Positions 15,001 to 23,636 of a stretch of 64,000 nucleotides of DNA are shown piece by piece. Position 1 is the stretch's first letter. Each line of letters starts with the position of its first letter. The stretch is from a virus. The stretch is from the IMG/VR virus record IMGVR_UViG_3300045988_098886; one strand, written 5' to 3'. A model generated the notes under the pieces. It ran no database searches and had not been told where the DNA came from. It worked only from the letters and a program-made list of their open reading frames with translations. Both the position numbers and the translations under genes were made by a program.

Positions 15001-15175
15001 AGAAATAAGAGACACAGTTCTCGCAGGCTTAAAGAAGAACAAGGATAAATATGGCAAGAAGTACTGTCCTTGTTCTTTAGTAAGAGAAGATGATACAGTA
15101 TGTATGTGTAAAGAGTTTAGAGAAATGGAAGAAGGAATTTGCCATTGCCAACTCTATATAAAGACTAAGGATTAA
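14975..15175 (+). CDS. ferredoxin:thioredoxin reductase catalytic-subunit-like small Cys protein
   Basis: YCPCSLVREDDTVCMCKEFREMEEGICHCQLY carries the CPC-x10-CxC-x10-CHC spacing characteristic of FTR catalytic chains (CPC...CPC...CHC). Confidence 0.5.
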   Translation: MSIKVTSNKEIRDTVLAGLKKNKDKYGKKYCPCSLVREDDTVCMCKEFREMEEGICHCQLYIKTKD

Positions 15176-15411
15176 TGTGCATTAGTACAATGAGGTTTCC
15201 AGCTAAATCTTTTAGGATTGACTTCCCTGAAAGAACTCTTAGAAAATACGAGGTAACTCTTACGGGTTTAAAAGGGTATGGAATTAATTATGGAGTTATA
15301 GAATCTATTACTTCCCAATCTGAAGAATGTGATGAAGAACATCTAGGTCAAACTGTATTAGATTTATTAAAGAGAAGTCCAGGATTATGGAAGATTCAAT
15401 TATACATGTAA
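15175..15411 (+). CDS. hypothetical protein (78 aa)
   Basis: ORF on the coding strand; its ATG directly follows the upstream stop codon (TAATG junction). Confidence 0.5.
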   Translation: MCISTMRFPAKSFRIDFPERTLRKYEVTLTGLKGYGINYGVIESITSQSEECDEEHLGQTVLDLLKRSPGLWKIQLYM

Positions 15412-15425
15412 CACAATTATGAACA

Positions 15426-15683
15426 ATGCAAGTATTCGAATTAAAATATCCAATAAGTAATATACAGGGAGTCTTTATAGAGGAAGAAGATTTTGAGAAA
15501 GACCCAGCAAGAATAGCTTTAAATATAGGACATGTTTCAGTGATATTCTTTCCAGAGCAATATAAGAGTACTTACATGAATACTAATCTTTGGCATAAAC
15601 TAATGCCTTGTGTAACTATTAATGGAGTCTTACATGCAAAGATATTTTTCTATTCACCCTCATTTAATCTTGATTGGGAATGA
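15426..15683 (+). CDS. hypothetical protein (85 aa)
   Basis: ORF on the coding strand. Confidence 0.5.
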   Translation: MQVFELKYPISNIQGVFIEEEDFEKDPARIALNIGHVSVIFFPEQYKSTYMNTNLWHKLMPCVTINGVLHAKIFFYSPSFNLDWE

Positions 15684-15925
15684 AAAGACCTATTTACATA
15701 GGCGAAGGACTAATCCCTCAAGTAGAAAGACACCTTATGTTTGAAGCAGTAAACACATGGAATGAAAAACATCCAAATCAGTTATTAGTATTAAATAGAT
15801 ATGAAAATATATTTATCCTATGTCTTTATAATAAGAAAGAAGATGGAACTCATGAAAAGGAATTTTCAGTATCAGGAGATAGCTTTAGAAAGGCATGGGA
15901 TGCATTTATTGAAGTAACAGAATAA
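15674..15925 (+). CDS. hypothetical protein (83 aa)
   Basis: ORF on the coding strand, overlapping its neighbours. Confidence 0.5.
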   Translation: MGMKRPIYIGEGLIPQVERHLMFEAVNTWNEKHPNQLLVLNRYENIFILCLYNKKEDGTHEKEFSVSGDSFRKAWDAFIEVTE

Positions 15926-16185
15926 TGGAATATGATATACGCGAATTTGAAATTCTGCATGAATTAGAAGGAGAAACTAAAATATTTGAGGATAAATATC
16001 CTACATATTTTCTTGTTATATTATGTGAGAAAGATATAATGTTTCTTGGTAGATATACAGGAAAACTATTTTCTGAATTTAATAAGTCAGAACCTATTGG
16101 TTATATAGGAAGAAGAAATTCAGCACGAGAGGTTAGAGAAAGTGCAGAAAAAATGATGATACAAATAAAGGCGGGCACCAAATAG
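15925..16185 (+). CDS. hypothetical protein (86 aa)
   Basis: Last ORF of the plus block; its stop lies inside the terminator hairpin. Confidence 0.5.
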   Translation: MEYDIREFEILHELEGETKIFEDKYPTYFLVILCEKDIMFLGRYTGKLFSEFNKSEPIGYIGRRNSAREVRESAEKMMIQIKAGTK

Positions 16186-16200
16186 GTACTCGCCTTTTTT
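16170..16200. terminator. bidirectional intrinsic terminator between convergent blocks
   Basis: 10-bp stem GGCGGGCACC / GGUACUCGCC (one G-U pair, one mismatch) with loop AAAUA, followed by TTTTTT on the plus strand. The minus strand also has a T-rich flank (TTTATTTG). Confidence 0.7.
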
Positions 16201-16201
16201 A

Positions 16202-16453
16202 TTATATAAGAACTAATAAAAGTCCTATTACTATTCCAATTGCATCTGCGAGAATGTCATACCAATCCCACTTATTACCCGGAGCTTTACTATCTCCGTA
16301 TTCTTTACCTATTGATAAACCTGCTGCTAGACCTATACCTAGCCAGATGTTTATACTTCCAGCAATTAACATTACTAAAAGATTAACTAAACAATGTTTC
16401 AGTTTATCACTTTGTTTTAGGAAGTTTACTATTTTCTTCAGAATTTCCTTCAT
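16202..16453 (-). CDS. small membrane protein (83 aa)
   Basis: Two or three TM spans; GKEYGDS...WDWYDILADAIG motif between hydrophobic segments. Holin-like by size only. Confidence 0.5.
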   Translation of the reverse strand: MKEILKKIVNFLKQSDKLKHCLVNLLVMLIAGSINIWLGIGLAAGLSIGKEYGDSKAPGNKWDWYDILADAIGIVIGLLLVLI

Positions 16454-16676
16454 CGCTTTTAATTTTTTTCCAAATACCTGTTACTGAATCTATTCCTAAT
16501 AAAGCCATAACACATATTAAAAATGTATCTATCATTAATGGTGCTTGTATACACATTACAGTACAATATATAAGTACTGCAACTGCTACAAACCATCCTA
16601 TTACTCCACACACTCGCTTAGACGAGATTCCAGAATGTGAAGTAAACATTTGTCTTACGAAAGTTATGAATCTCAT
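16407..16676 (-). CDS. small membrane protein (89 aa), holin-like by topology
   Basis: VCGVIGWFVAVAVLIYCTVMCI and LMIDTFLICVMALLGI TM spans with a charged C-terminal tail. It overlaps the downstream gene by 47 nt. Confidence 0.5.
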   Translation of the reverse strand: MRFITFVRQMFTSHSGISSKRVCGVIGWFVAVAVLIYCTVMCIQAPLMIDTFLICVMALLGIDSVTGIWKKIKSDEGNSEENSKLPKTK

Positions 16677-16713
16677 TTATTCATGAGCATTTGTTATTAT
16701 GTCATTTTAATTA

Positions 16714-16721
16714 CTATCTTT
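16714..16721 (+). promoter_or_regulatory. Bacteroides-type -7 box TATCTTTG
   Basis: Exact TAnnTTTG, 30 nt upstream of the ATG at 16751. Confidence 0.4.
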
Positions 16722-16750
16722 GCAATTATTAATTTTAAAATTGTAAGATT

Positions 16751-17095
16751 ATGCAGTCTCCTTTTATTCTCTATGGTAAATCGGGGAAGAAATATGAATT
16801 TCATTCTATTTGCCCTATTTCCACTCTTCCAAATCTAAAATTTCAAAAGGATTTTGGAATCATATATGTATATCTCCATATTGATTCTAATGAGAATATA
16901 CGTCTTATTTACTGTGGTAAAGACGAAAACCCTCCCAAGAGATTTAGAGAGCACGAAGAAAATGATAAAAACATAATCAGCAAATCTAATTTTGTTGCAA
17001 TATGTCACTATCTATATCTAAAGGATATGGAAAATGACGAAATTGATTTAATAAAAGGCAATCCATTCGAGGAGAATATTCAACATAATTCATAG
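16751..17095 (+). CDS. small GIY-YIG-like nuclease domain protein
   Basis: FGIIYVYLHIDSNENIRLIYCGKDENPPKRFREHE fits GIY-x(10-11)-Y(I/C)G followed by conserved R and H. It is a lone plus-strand gene, with its own promoter box, inside a minus-strand block. Confidence 0.4.
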   Translation: MQSPFILYGKSGKKYEFHSICPISTLPNLKFQKDFGIIYVYLHIDSNENIRLIYCGKDENPPKRFREHEENDKNIISKSNFVAICHYLYLKDMENDEIDLIKGNPFEENIQHNS

Positions 17096-17317
17096 ATTTT
17101 TCAATATTTCTACTGGAATGTAAGTTGCCAATTTCCAATCTGTACTATTTATTTCCGCTTCGTTGAACGTGTATGCATTATCTATTTCACATACACATAT
17201 CTTTTTTGTATCATTTCTAAATATGGCTATTAACGTTCCATATACATTATTATGTAGTCGTATTTTAAGTCCTTTAACCTCCGTGTCTTTAATCCATTTA
17301 TTTAATTCATTTTCCAT
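17090..17317 (-). CDS. hypothetical protein (75 aa)
   Basis: ORF on the coding strand. Confidence 0.5.
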   Translation of the reverse strand: MENELNKWIKDTEVKGLKIRLHNNVYGTLIAIFRNDTKKICVCEIDNAYTFNEAEINSTDWKLATYIPVEILKNL

Positions 17318-17320
17318 AAT

Positions 17321-17680
17321 TCATTTGTTCATTTCATTTATAAAGTACTCTATTGTATTCCAATACTTATCTACTTGCTGCTTTACATACCACATATCTA
17401 AATGAGAATATTTTCCAAAATTATCATCTTGTATATCAAGAATATACTCTCCAATAGGTTCTGGATATGGGTTAGTCACATATATATTCAATACTACTTC
17501 CCCTAAATATTTATCCAGTAGTTTAGATTCAGAATAAGGAGTTTCGATAAAATGCCCATTTGTATCACATTGACTTAACGTAGTAACTAAGAACTCTTTA
17601 ACTGCATCTTTATTAGTATCTTTATTGACTCTAATTAGTCTATTCCCATTTCCATTTATTGCATTTATTATCATAATCAA
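17321..17680 (-). CDS. hypothetical protein (119 aa)
   Basis: ORF on the coding strand. Confidence 0.55.
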   Translation of the reverse strand: MIMIINAINGNGNRLIRVNKDTNKDAVKEFLVTTLSQCDTNGHFIETPYSESKLLDKYLGEVVLNIYVTNPYPEPIGEYILDIQDDNFGKYSHLDMWYVKQQVDKYWNTIEYFINEMNK

Positions 17681-18321
17681 TTTGTTTTAAATCCGTTTTT
17701 AATTGCCCACTGCTCTTCTACTGGAGATGCAGGGTCATAGAATACTTTATTGTAAGGCATCCTATTTAAAACAGCCTTATCACTATAAACTTGTGGATAA
17801 TGGTAGCTACTAGTCACTTCTCCATTGGGGTACGTAAAATATCCCTTACTATTAGCTATTTTATCTACAAGTTCAGGGTTCAGGTCTTTTATATCTACAA
17901 CCCCAGCATCTAACCCTGTATCTTTTTCTATCTTTCTATAATCTTTTATAGTAGGAGTTCCTCTCTTTGATTGTAACTTCTGAATTTCTTCTGCGTATGC
18001 TTTCTTCGATGCAGGAGACACGTTGTCTTTAAAACCAGTTTTAGCCAGTCTTCTCTGTAAGGGTGTCATCCTTGAATACCTAGTTAAATTTCCTAGATAT
18101 TCTGCTTGCATATCCTCATATATCTGCCTTAACTTAGGACTACTAAGAGTACTCATTCCTTTATCTTGGGCATTTATTAATGCTGATTTATTTCCACTTA
18201 CTAAAGTCGTTTGGGACGGCTTTGCTGTTATATTAGCAAATGGATAGAATGTATCTGAAGGCTCTACAGATGCAGGCTTTAATCCTTTAGTAATTTTAGG
18301 GTCAAATATCATTAAATCCAT
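17677..18321 (-). CDS. hypothetical protein (214 aa); possibly the C-terminal readthrough extension of the 739-aa protein
   Basis: Same reading frame as 18481-20700. The 159 nt between them contain no stop and no ATG/GTG/TTG. Confidence 0.6.
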   Translation of the reverse strand: MDLMIFDPKITKGLKPASVEPSDTFYPFANITAKPSQTTLVSGNKSALINAQDKGMSTLSSPKLRQIYEDMQAEYLGNLTRYSRMTPLQRRLAKTGFKDNVSPASKKAYAEEIQKLQSKRGTPTIKDYRKIEKDTGLDAGVVDIKDLNPELVDKIANSKGYFTYPNGEVTSSYHYPQVYSDKAVLNRMPYNKVFYDPASPVEEQWAIKNGFKTN

Positions 18322-18480
18322 GTGGTCCCAATTATTTTTCTCTGAATGAGATACAACTGGTCTGTCAGTAGTAAAATTAGTTCTGGCAAAATCAGCTCTT
18401 GGAGTAGGATTACTTACTTGTATAGTACCATTGGAATTAATGGGCGCAGGTTCAGAAATCTTCCTAAGTAATTCTGGATT

Positions 18481-20700
18481 TCAAGCTTTAGTATTAAGAT
18501 TTAGCCTTCTTCCTACTGTACCTGTAAATCTCTGTAGAGGATTACCATAATATCCGAACTTTCCACCAACAGTAGTGTATGCATCTCCTGCTATTAGTCT
18601 CGGAGTCATATTAGCTCCTAATCCACCAACAGCTCCTCCAATAAGCCCACCCATTGTTTTATAATTAGTATTATTATCTGTTTTATCATCAATAGATTCT
18701 CCTACTTTAGTACCTACATAACTGGTTCCCAGACTTATTAATGTAGGAATTGTAGCTGTAGCAAGTCCATATCCAAGTCCTGCTATTCCAGCGCCTGCCA
18801 GTACTGGAGTTGCTAGTTCTCCAGTAGTCTTTAGAAATTTACGCTTTCCTCTATCTACTGCACCAGCAAGATTAATATTTCTGGGAGTAACTGTTACTTC
18901 TGGAAGAGTGACATTATTCATGCCATTCTCATTAGTAACTGGCAATACCATATTACCTCTCTTATCATAACCTCCCATATATTTAATCCCACTAGAAGGA
19001 TTCTGATATTTAATAATACCACCTCTCTTTAAGTACTTATTAAGTGATAAAGTTCCATTCAAATTTCTCCTATAAGAATCTTTATCTGCACTATAATTAT
19101 ACTTTCCAGAATTATTTCCATGCAATCTATCTATAAAGTCATTAGTATCTTTAGCATCTAAAGCTTTATATCTATCATTCAATACTTTTACTTTATAATT
19201 AGCATAAGACTTTAAATCATCAAAATCTATATAATCAAATCCGTCTTTGTATCTGCTCTTCTTATATTTAGGAGCTATTGAATCACCTGGATGCTTAATT
19301 CCACTTAAGTTAAACCCTCTTTCACCTCTAGGGTCTAATCCATAATTACTTTCTAATGCTGCTTGCCTTACTAAGTTATTAAGATTAGTAGTGGGCAATC
19401 CATTTTCTTCTAATGCTTCTTTAAAGATAGGAGTCATTACACTCGCAAACTCTTCAAACTTATTCCCTGTACTTCCAAATTTATGGGAATAATCTAGAGA
19501 AGGCTTCTTTCCTTCTAATAGCTTATTGATAAAAGGATTAACACTTCCAGATAAGAATGAAGTTGCAGCACTAGGAGCATATTCTTTAATAATATCTACA
19601 ACATTAACAGGCTCTTTAGGTTCTTCTTTTGGAAGAATACTCTTAACCTTATTAATAGCTTTGGTTACTATTCCGTCTTGTGCTTTAATGACACCACCAT
19701 TTTCTAACTGTTCACTTTGTGGAGTTACTGGAGTTCTCGCTTCTGGTTTAGGTTTATAAGACTTATATCTGCTCCAATCAAAACCAATCATTTCTTCATT
19801 ATGAGCATCTGATTTCTCTTGCCTAAATCGCCTTAATATTCTAGCTTTTAACTCTCCTGCGTTTTGTAACTTTGGAATCTTCATTCCTACTTGAGCTTTA
19901 GCTATTTGATTATAGACGTTAGATAATGCTTGTCTGTATTTAGGGTCAGTTGCATATCCACCTTTGACTACTCTATCAATAAAGTCTCCAGTGAAGGCAT
20001 TATATCTTTTATTATTTAATAATGATACATGATAATTAGCATAATCATTTATATCTTTAAAGTCTCTAAAGCTATCGTTTATATGGATACTCTTTCCATT
20101 AATTACCTCTCTAGTTTTTCTTATAGTTCCTTTCCCTTTTATCCCTCCAAAGTTGAATTTACCTGACTGACTTTTTCCCCAATTACTTTCTAAAGCTGAC
20201 TGGGCTACTAAATATTTTGCATATTTTGTATCCAAACCTTTAGCCTTAAGTGCATTTTCAAATGCGGGAGTCATTGTCTTTATAAACTCATCCTTTGACT
20301 TTATATTGATAGGTGTAGATTCTTTACTTTCTACAATAGGAGTTTCTTCTTTAGAAGTGGGAAGAGGTTCTGTATTTACCTTCTCTTCAACAACTGGCTC
20401 TTCCTTCTTCTCCTCTGCTTTAGCCATTACATTCTGTCTATTAGCTTCCAATCTATTTATTGGAAGTTCTTCAATTTCAACAGTAGCTACAGGCTGTTCA
20501 AATACTGGGCCTTCATAAGGAGTTATACTATTATATGTAGTAAATATATTTCCTCCTAATTGTCGTTTAAGAGTAGTAGGTTTTTTCAAATCAGATGTAG
20601 GAGTTGTTGACTTAACAACTTTCTTTCTCATGTCTCGTTTAGTCCCTGTTAGAATTTTATGATTCTTTACTAACGGAGACTCTTTAAATTTCATCGCCAT
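18481..20700 (-). CDS. internal-virion-type protein with two FlgJ-like glucosaminidase (muramidase) domains and a Gly-rich membrane-active C-terminus
   Basis: Two copies of the glucosaminidase signature: LVAQSALESNWGKSQSGKFNFGGIKG and LVRQAALESNYGLDPRGERGFNLSGIKH. The C-terminus has PVLAGAGIAGLGYGLATA and GGLIGGAVGGLGAN glycine zippers. Confidence 0.75.
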   Translation of the reverse strand: MAMKFKESPLVKNHKILTGTKRDMRKKVVKSTTPTSDLKKPTTLKRQLGGNIFTTYNSITPYEGPVFEQPVATVEIEELPINRLEANRQNVMAKAEEKKEEPVVEEKVNTEPLPTSKEETPIVESKESTPINIKSKDEFIKTMTPAFENALKAKGLDTKYAKYLVAQSALESNWGKSQSGKFNFGGIKGKGTIRKTREVINGKSIHINDSFRDFKDINDYANYHVSLLNNKRYNAFTGDFIDRVVKGGYATDPKYRQALSNVYNQIAKAQVGMKIPKLQNAGELKARILRRFRQEKSDAHNEEMIGFDWSRYKSYKPKPEARTPVTPQSEQLENGGVIKAQDGIVTKAINKVKSILPKEEPKEPVNVVDIIKEYAPSAATSFLSGSVNPFINKLLEGKKPSLDYSHKFGSTGNKFEEFASVMTPIFKEALEENGLPTTNLNNLVRQAALESNYGLDPRGERGFNLSGIKHPGDSIAPKYKKSRYKDGFDYIDFDDLKSYANYKVKVLNDRYKALDAKDTNDFIDRLHGNNSGKYNYSADKDSYRRNLNGTLSLNKYLKRGGIIKYQNPSSGIKYMGGYDKRGNMVLPVTNENGMNNVTLPEVTVTPRNINLAGAVDRGKRKFLKTTGELATPVLAGAGIAGLGYGLATATIPTLISLGTSYVGTKVGESIDDKTDNNTNYKTMGGLIGGAVGGLGANMTPRLIAGDAYTTVGGKFGYYGNPLQRFTGTVGRRLNLNTKA

Positions 20701-21065
20701 ATTCTTTTAATCCATTTGTATTGAAAGACTTTTCTGCTTTCATAATAATCAACCTCATATTGAGCCATTCTAGCTTCTCTTTCAAAAGAGATAGCTCTAT
20801 ACGCAGTATGCCAATTTCTATATATAATTAACTTAATAAGGAACTCTAATACATATAAGGGATAGTATGGAAGTATTCCAACTTCTAACATTTGTATTGT
20901 ATGAGTTCCTTCATGTCTGGCTGCCATATCAGTAAAGTTTTTTAGAACATCCTTTATTCTGGTAACCATTATTCCAAAGAAATTAAAATACTTAAAGCTC
21001 TTAAAAGGAAGTAACTTGTTAATAAAGAATAAGAGTTTTCTTTTCTTATCCCATACGAATTTCAT
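20691..21065 (-). CDS. small HExxH zinc-metallopeptidase-like protein
   Basis: ARHEGTHTIQMLE contains HEGTH; a hydrophobic helix follows. Confidence 0.5.
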   Translation of the reverse strand: MKFVWDKKRKLLFFINKLLPFKSFKYFNFFGIMVTRIKDVLKNFTDMAARHEGTHTIQMLEVGILPYYPLYVLEFLIKLIIYRNWHTAYRAISFEREARMAQYEVDYYESRKVFQYKWIKRIWR

Positions 21066-21075
21066 ACTCTAAATT

Positions 21076-21462
21076 TTAGATAGATTGTTTATAATTATCA
21101 TCTAACCATTTTCTAAAGGCTTGTGCATCAAAGTTTTCAAGTGGTCTAATTACTCCTCCTTTTTCATGTTTCCATTTAGCAGCATTACGAGCAAAGTTAG
21201 CTCTTTTCTTTTGTAATGGAGTTGCATTAGGATTGTTGAGTACTGAACGAGCATGTTCTTGAACACTTTGTCCTGCTTTCTTTGCAGACGCTGTGAACTT
21301 ACCTTTGTTTTCAGGTTTTATATGAATTCCACTTCCGCTCTTGTGTTTTGGAATCAATCTACCTCCTCTTTTAAAATAATCTGCTTCTTCGTAGCTAAGT
21401 GAATTTACGTAGCCTACGGCTGCTTTATGCAGTCTGTCCAATAAAGTTTTATTTTCTCCCAT
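21076..21462 (-). CDS. basic hypothetical protein (128 aa) with KxGG motifs
   Basis: FKRGGRLIPKH and HEKGGVIRP; Lys/Arg-rich. It is the first gene of the minus block. Confidence 0.6.
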   Translation of the reverse strand: MGENKTLLDRLHKAAVGYVNSLSYEEADYFKRGGRLIPKHKSGSGIHIKPENKGKFTASAKKAGQSVQEHARSVLNNPNATPLQKKRANFARNAAKWKHEKGGVIRPLENFDAQAFRKWLDDNYKQSI

Positions 21463-21497
21463 AGTATAATAAAATAATTATTTCATTTTGTAGACTA

Positions 21498-21505
21498 CAA
21501 AAATA
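21498..21505 (-). promoter_or_regulatory. Bacteroides-type -7 box (TATTTTTG on minus strand)
   Basis: Plus-strand CAAAAATA, 36 nt upstream of the ATG at 21462. Confidence 0.35.
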
Positions 21506-21509
21506 TAGC

Positions 21510-21517
21510 TAAATTTG
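21510..21517 (+). promoter_or_regulatory. Bacteroides-type -7 box TAAATTTG
   Basis: Exact TAnnTTTG in the divergent intergenic region, about 110 nt upstream of the ATG at 21627. Confidence 0.3.
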
Positions 21518-21626
21518 CACAATAACAAATGAAAGTATGAATTATATGAAATAATGTGGAAAATTTAAGTAAAGATTTTTAGAACTATTTAACTATTTAA
21601 GAATTTAAAGAAACAGAACAATTAGT

Positions 21627-22328
21627 ATGTTAGATTTTATTAAAAAGGTGTTCAATTTTATAAATGGCTTGAATCCTACAGTTAAAACCATAATCATAAT
21701 GGGACTACTGTTTTGGTGCACACAAGTATGTTTAGTAAATCAAAGTAAGCTATTTATAACTGACTACATCGAGTCTGTTGAGTACAATAACAGAAAATCT
21801 GAGGAGTATTCTCTGAAAGTCTCTCCCAAAATTAGGAGACAAGTAGAGAACATTAGGAACAAAGATACAGATGCTTCAAACGTTCTTCTATTATCTTTTC
21901 ACAATACCAAGAAAAGTTTACAGGGTTTTTCCTATATGTATTTAACGGCATTAACTGACTCTCCAAGGGGTATAGATGATGAAAGTTGCCTTGACATATG
22001 GACAAGTCTTCCGTATTTACAGTTCTCGGACGAAGTAGAAAAGATTAGGAGAGCCAGCTATTTAAGAATAGATTCGCTGGAATCTGCAAAAGAAAAGTTT
22101 CCGCAATTGTACAAGAAACTAAAGATGAGCGGAGCTTGTGCCGCAGCACTGTACCCGATTGAGGGTATTGATAGCGAAGGTTTTATAGAACCTGTTGGAA
22201 TGATTGTCGTGATGTACGATGAACCAAAACGCTATTATTTAGGATATTATAACGAATGTATTGCCCCTTATATTCAAGTACTTTCCACGCTATTAAATTA
22301 TAATACAACGTACAAAAATAAACAATGA
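21627..22328 (+). CDS. hypothetical protein with N-terminal TM segment (233 aa)
   Basis: TIIIMGLLFWCTQVCLV is a hydrophobic span; the rest is unrecognised. Confidence 0.65.
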   Translation: MLDFIKKVFNFINGLNPTVKTIIIMGLLFWCTQVCLVNQSKLFITDYIESVEYNNRKSEEYSLKVSPKIRRQVENIRNKDTDASNVLLLSFHNTKKSLQGFSYMYLTALTDSPRGIDDESCLDIWTSLPYLQFSDEVEKIRRASYLRIDSLESAKEKFPQLYKKLKMSGACAAALYPIEGIDSEGFIEPVGMIVVMYDEPKRYYLGYYNECIAPYIQVLSTLLNYNTTYKNKQ

Positions 22329-22331
22329 ATT

Positions 22332-23234
22332 ATGCAAGTTGATAAGAAAAATGGTAATGTATGTTACAATGATTTGAATCATATCTATTGGAACGAAAAG
22401 GACGAATCTAGATATATATCAGTTACTACACTAATACACTCTTTTACTCAACCTTTTGATAAGGAATTTTGGAGTGCCTATAAAGCATTAGAAAAACTTA
22501 TTCCAAAAGAAAATTGGGCAATAGAAAAGAAATCACTTTTATCTACTAAAAGATTTGATACATCTATATTGGATTTATATAATATTGATGCTGGAGTATT
22601 TAGTGATACACAACAGGATATACTAGATGAATGGGATAAGGCTAATAAAGACTCTTGTGAACGAGGTACTGCAATTCATGCAGAATTAGAAAATCAATAT
22701 TACAAGAAGCCGAAGGATATAAGCCTTAAAAAGTACGGACTCGGAGGTAAATTCGAGTGTAAGAAAGGGTACACAGAATTAGATATGAAACAGGGAGTTT
22801 ATCCTGAATATCTAATATCATACGAATCAGAAGACGGAATGTTAAAAATTGCTGGACAGATAGACTTATTAATAAAAGATGGTAATGACATCTATATTGT
22901 GGACTATAAAACCAACAAAAAGATTGACCAAAAATCTGGATTCGACACATCAACAAAGAAAAATGCAACAATGCTTTATCCACTTACTAATCTAATGGAT
23001 TGTAATTATATGCATTACACTATGCAATTAAGCACATATGCTTATATGTTACAGCAATTAAATCCAGAGTTTGTAGTAAAGCAATTAATATTAGTGCATT
23101 ATGACCATGATGGCAACGAAACTACATATAATCTCGATTATCTAAAAGAAGATGTAGAGAGAATGTTTAGCTTCCATAAGAAAAACATGATTAAGGAAAA
23201 ACAACGAGCTAAAAGACAAAGGATAGAATATTAA
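22332..23234 (+). CDS. PD-(D/E)xK exonuclease (RecB/Cas4/YqaJ-like)
   Basis: GTAIHAELE; GQIDLLIKDGNDIYIVDYKTNKK (D...D-x-K core); QLSTYAYML (QxxxY). Confidence 0.65.
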   Translation: MQVDKKNGNVCYNDLNHIYWNEKDESRYISVTTLIHSFTQPFDKEFWSAYKALEKLIPKENWAIEKKSLLSTKRFDTSILDLYNIDAGVFSDTQQDILDEWDKANKDSCERGTAIHAELENQYYKKPKDISLKKYGLGGKFECKKGYTELDMKQGVYPEYLISYESEDGMLKIAGQIDLLIKDGNDIYIVDYKTNKKIDQKSGFDTSTKKNATMLYPLTNLMDCNYMHYTMQLSTYAYMLQQLNPEFVVKQLILVHYDHDGNETTYNLDYLKEDVERMFSFHKKNMIKEKQRAKRQRIEY

Positions 23235-23347
23235 TCTTAGTAGAGAAGAATAAATTTAAGGAGCATTTTTAAAGCCTTATATAACGCTTTAAATGTTAAG
23301 CAATGTAATAGAGATTCGAACGGATTAATATATCCTTATTTATAGAC

Positions 23348-23614
23348 ATGAATGTAGGACATATTGTAACTGGACACTTAAATGAAGTTCTCAATTTGAA
23401 ACAAGATATTTCAAAGAAGAGACTAGAGATATGTAAAACATGTCCCTTATTTACTCCTAAATTAGGAGGAATGTGTAATAGAAGATTATGGTATAATGCC
23501 CAGACGGGAGATGTAAGTACAGTTAAATTAGATGGATATGTGCGAGGATGTGGATGCAGACTAAAAGCAAAAACCACAATGTCAAGAGAATCTTGCCCCG
23601 CAGGAAAATGGTAA
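23348..23614 (+). CDS. Cys-rich small protein (88 aa)
   Basis: CKTCP...GGMCNRR...RGCGCRLKAK...SCPAGKW; probable Zn or Fe-S binding. Confidence 0.55.
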   Translation: MNVGHIVTGHLNEVLNLKQDISKKRLEICKTCPLFTPKLGGMCNRRLWYNAQTGDVSTVKLDGYVRGCGCRLKAKTTMSRESCPAGKW

Positions 23615-23636
23615 AATTATAAAATGTAAATGAATT

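Noticed and set aside
23296-23347. tRNA-like T-arm string GAGATTCGAACGG in the 23.2-23.35 kb gap
   Set aside because: No complementary stems for a T arm or acceptor could be built around it.
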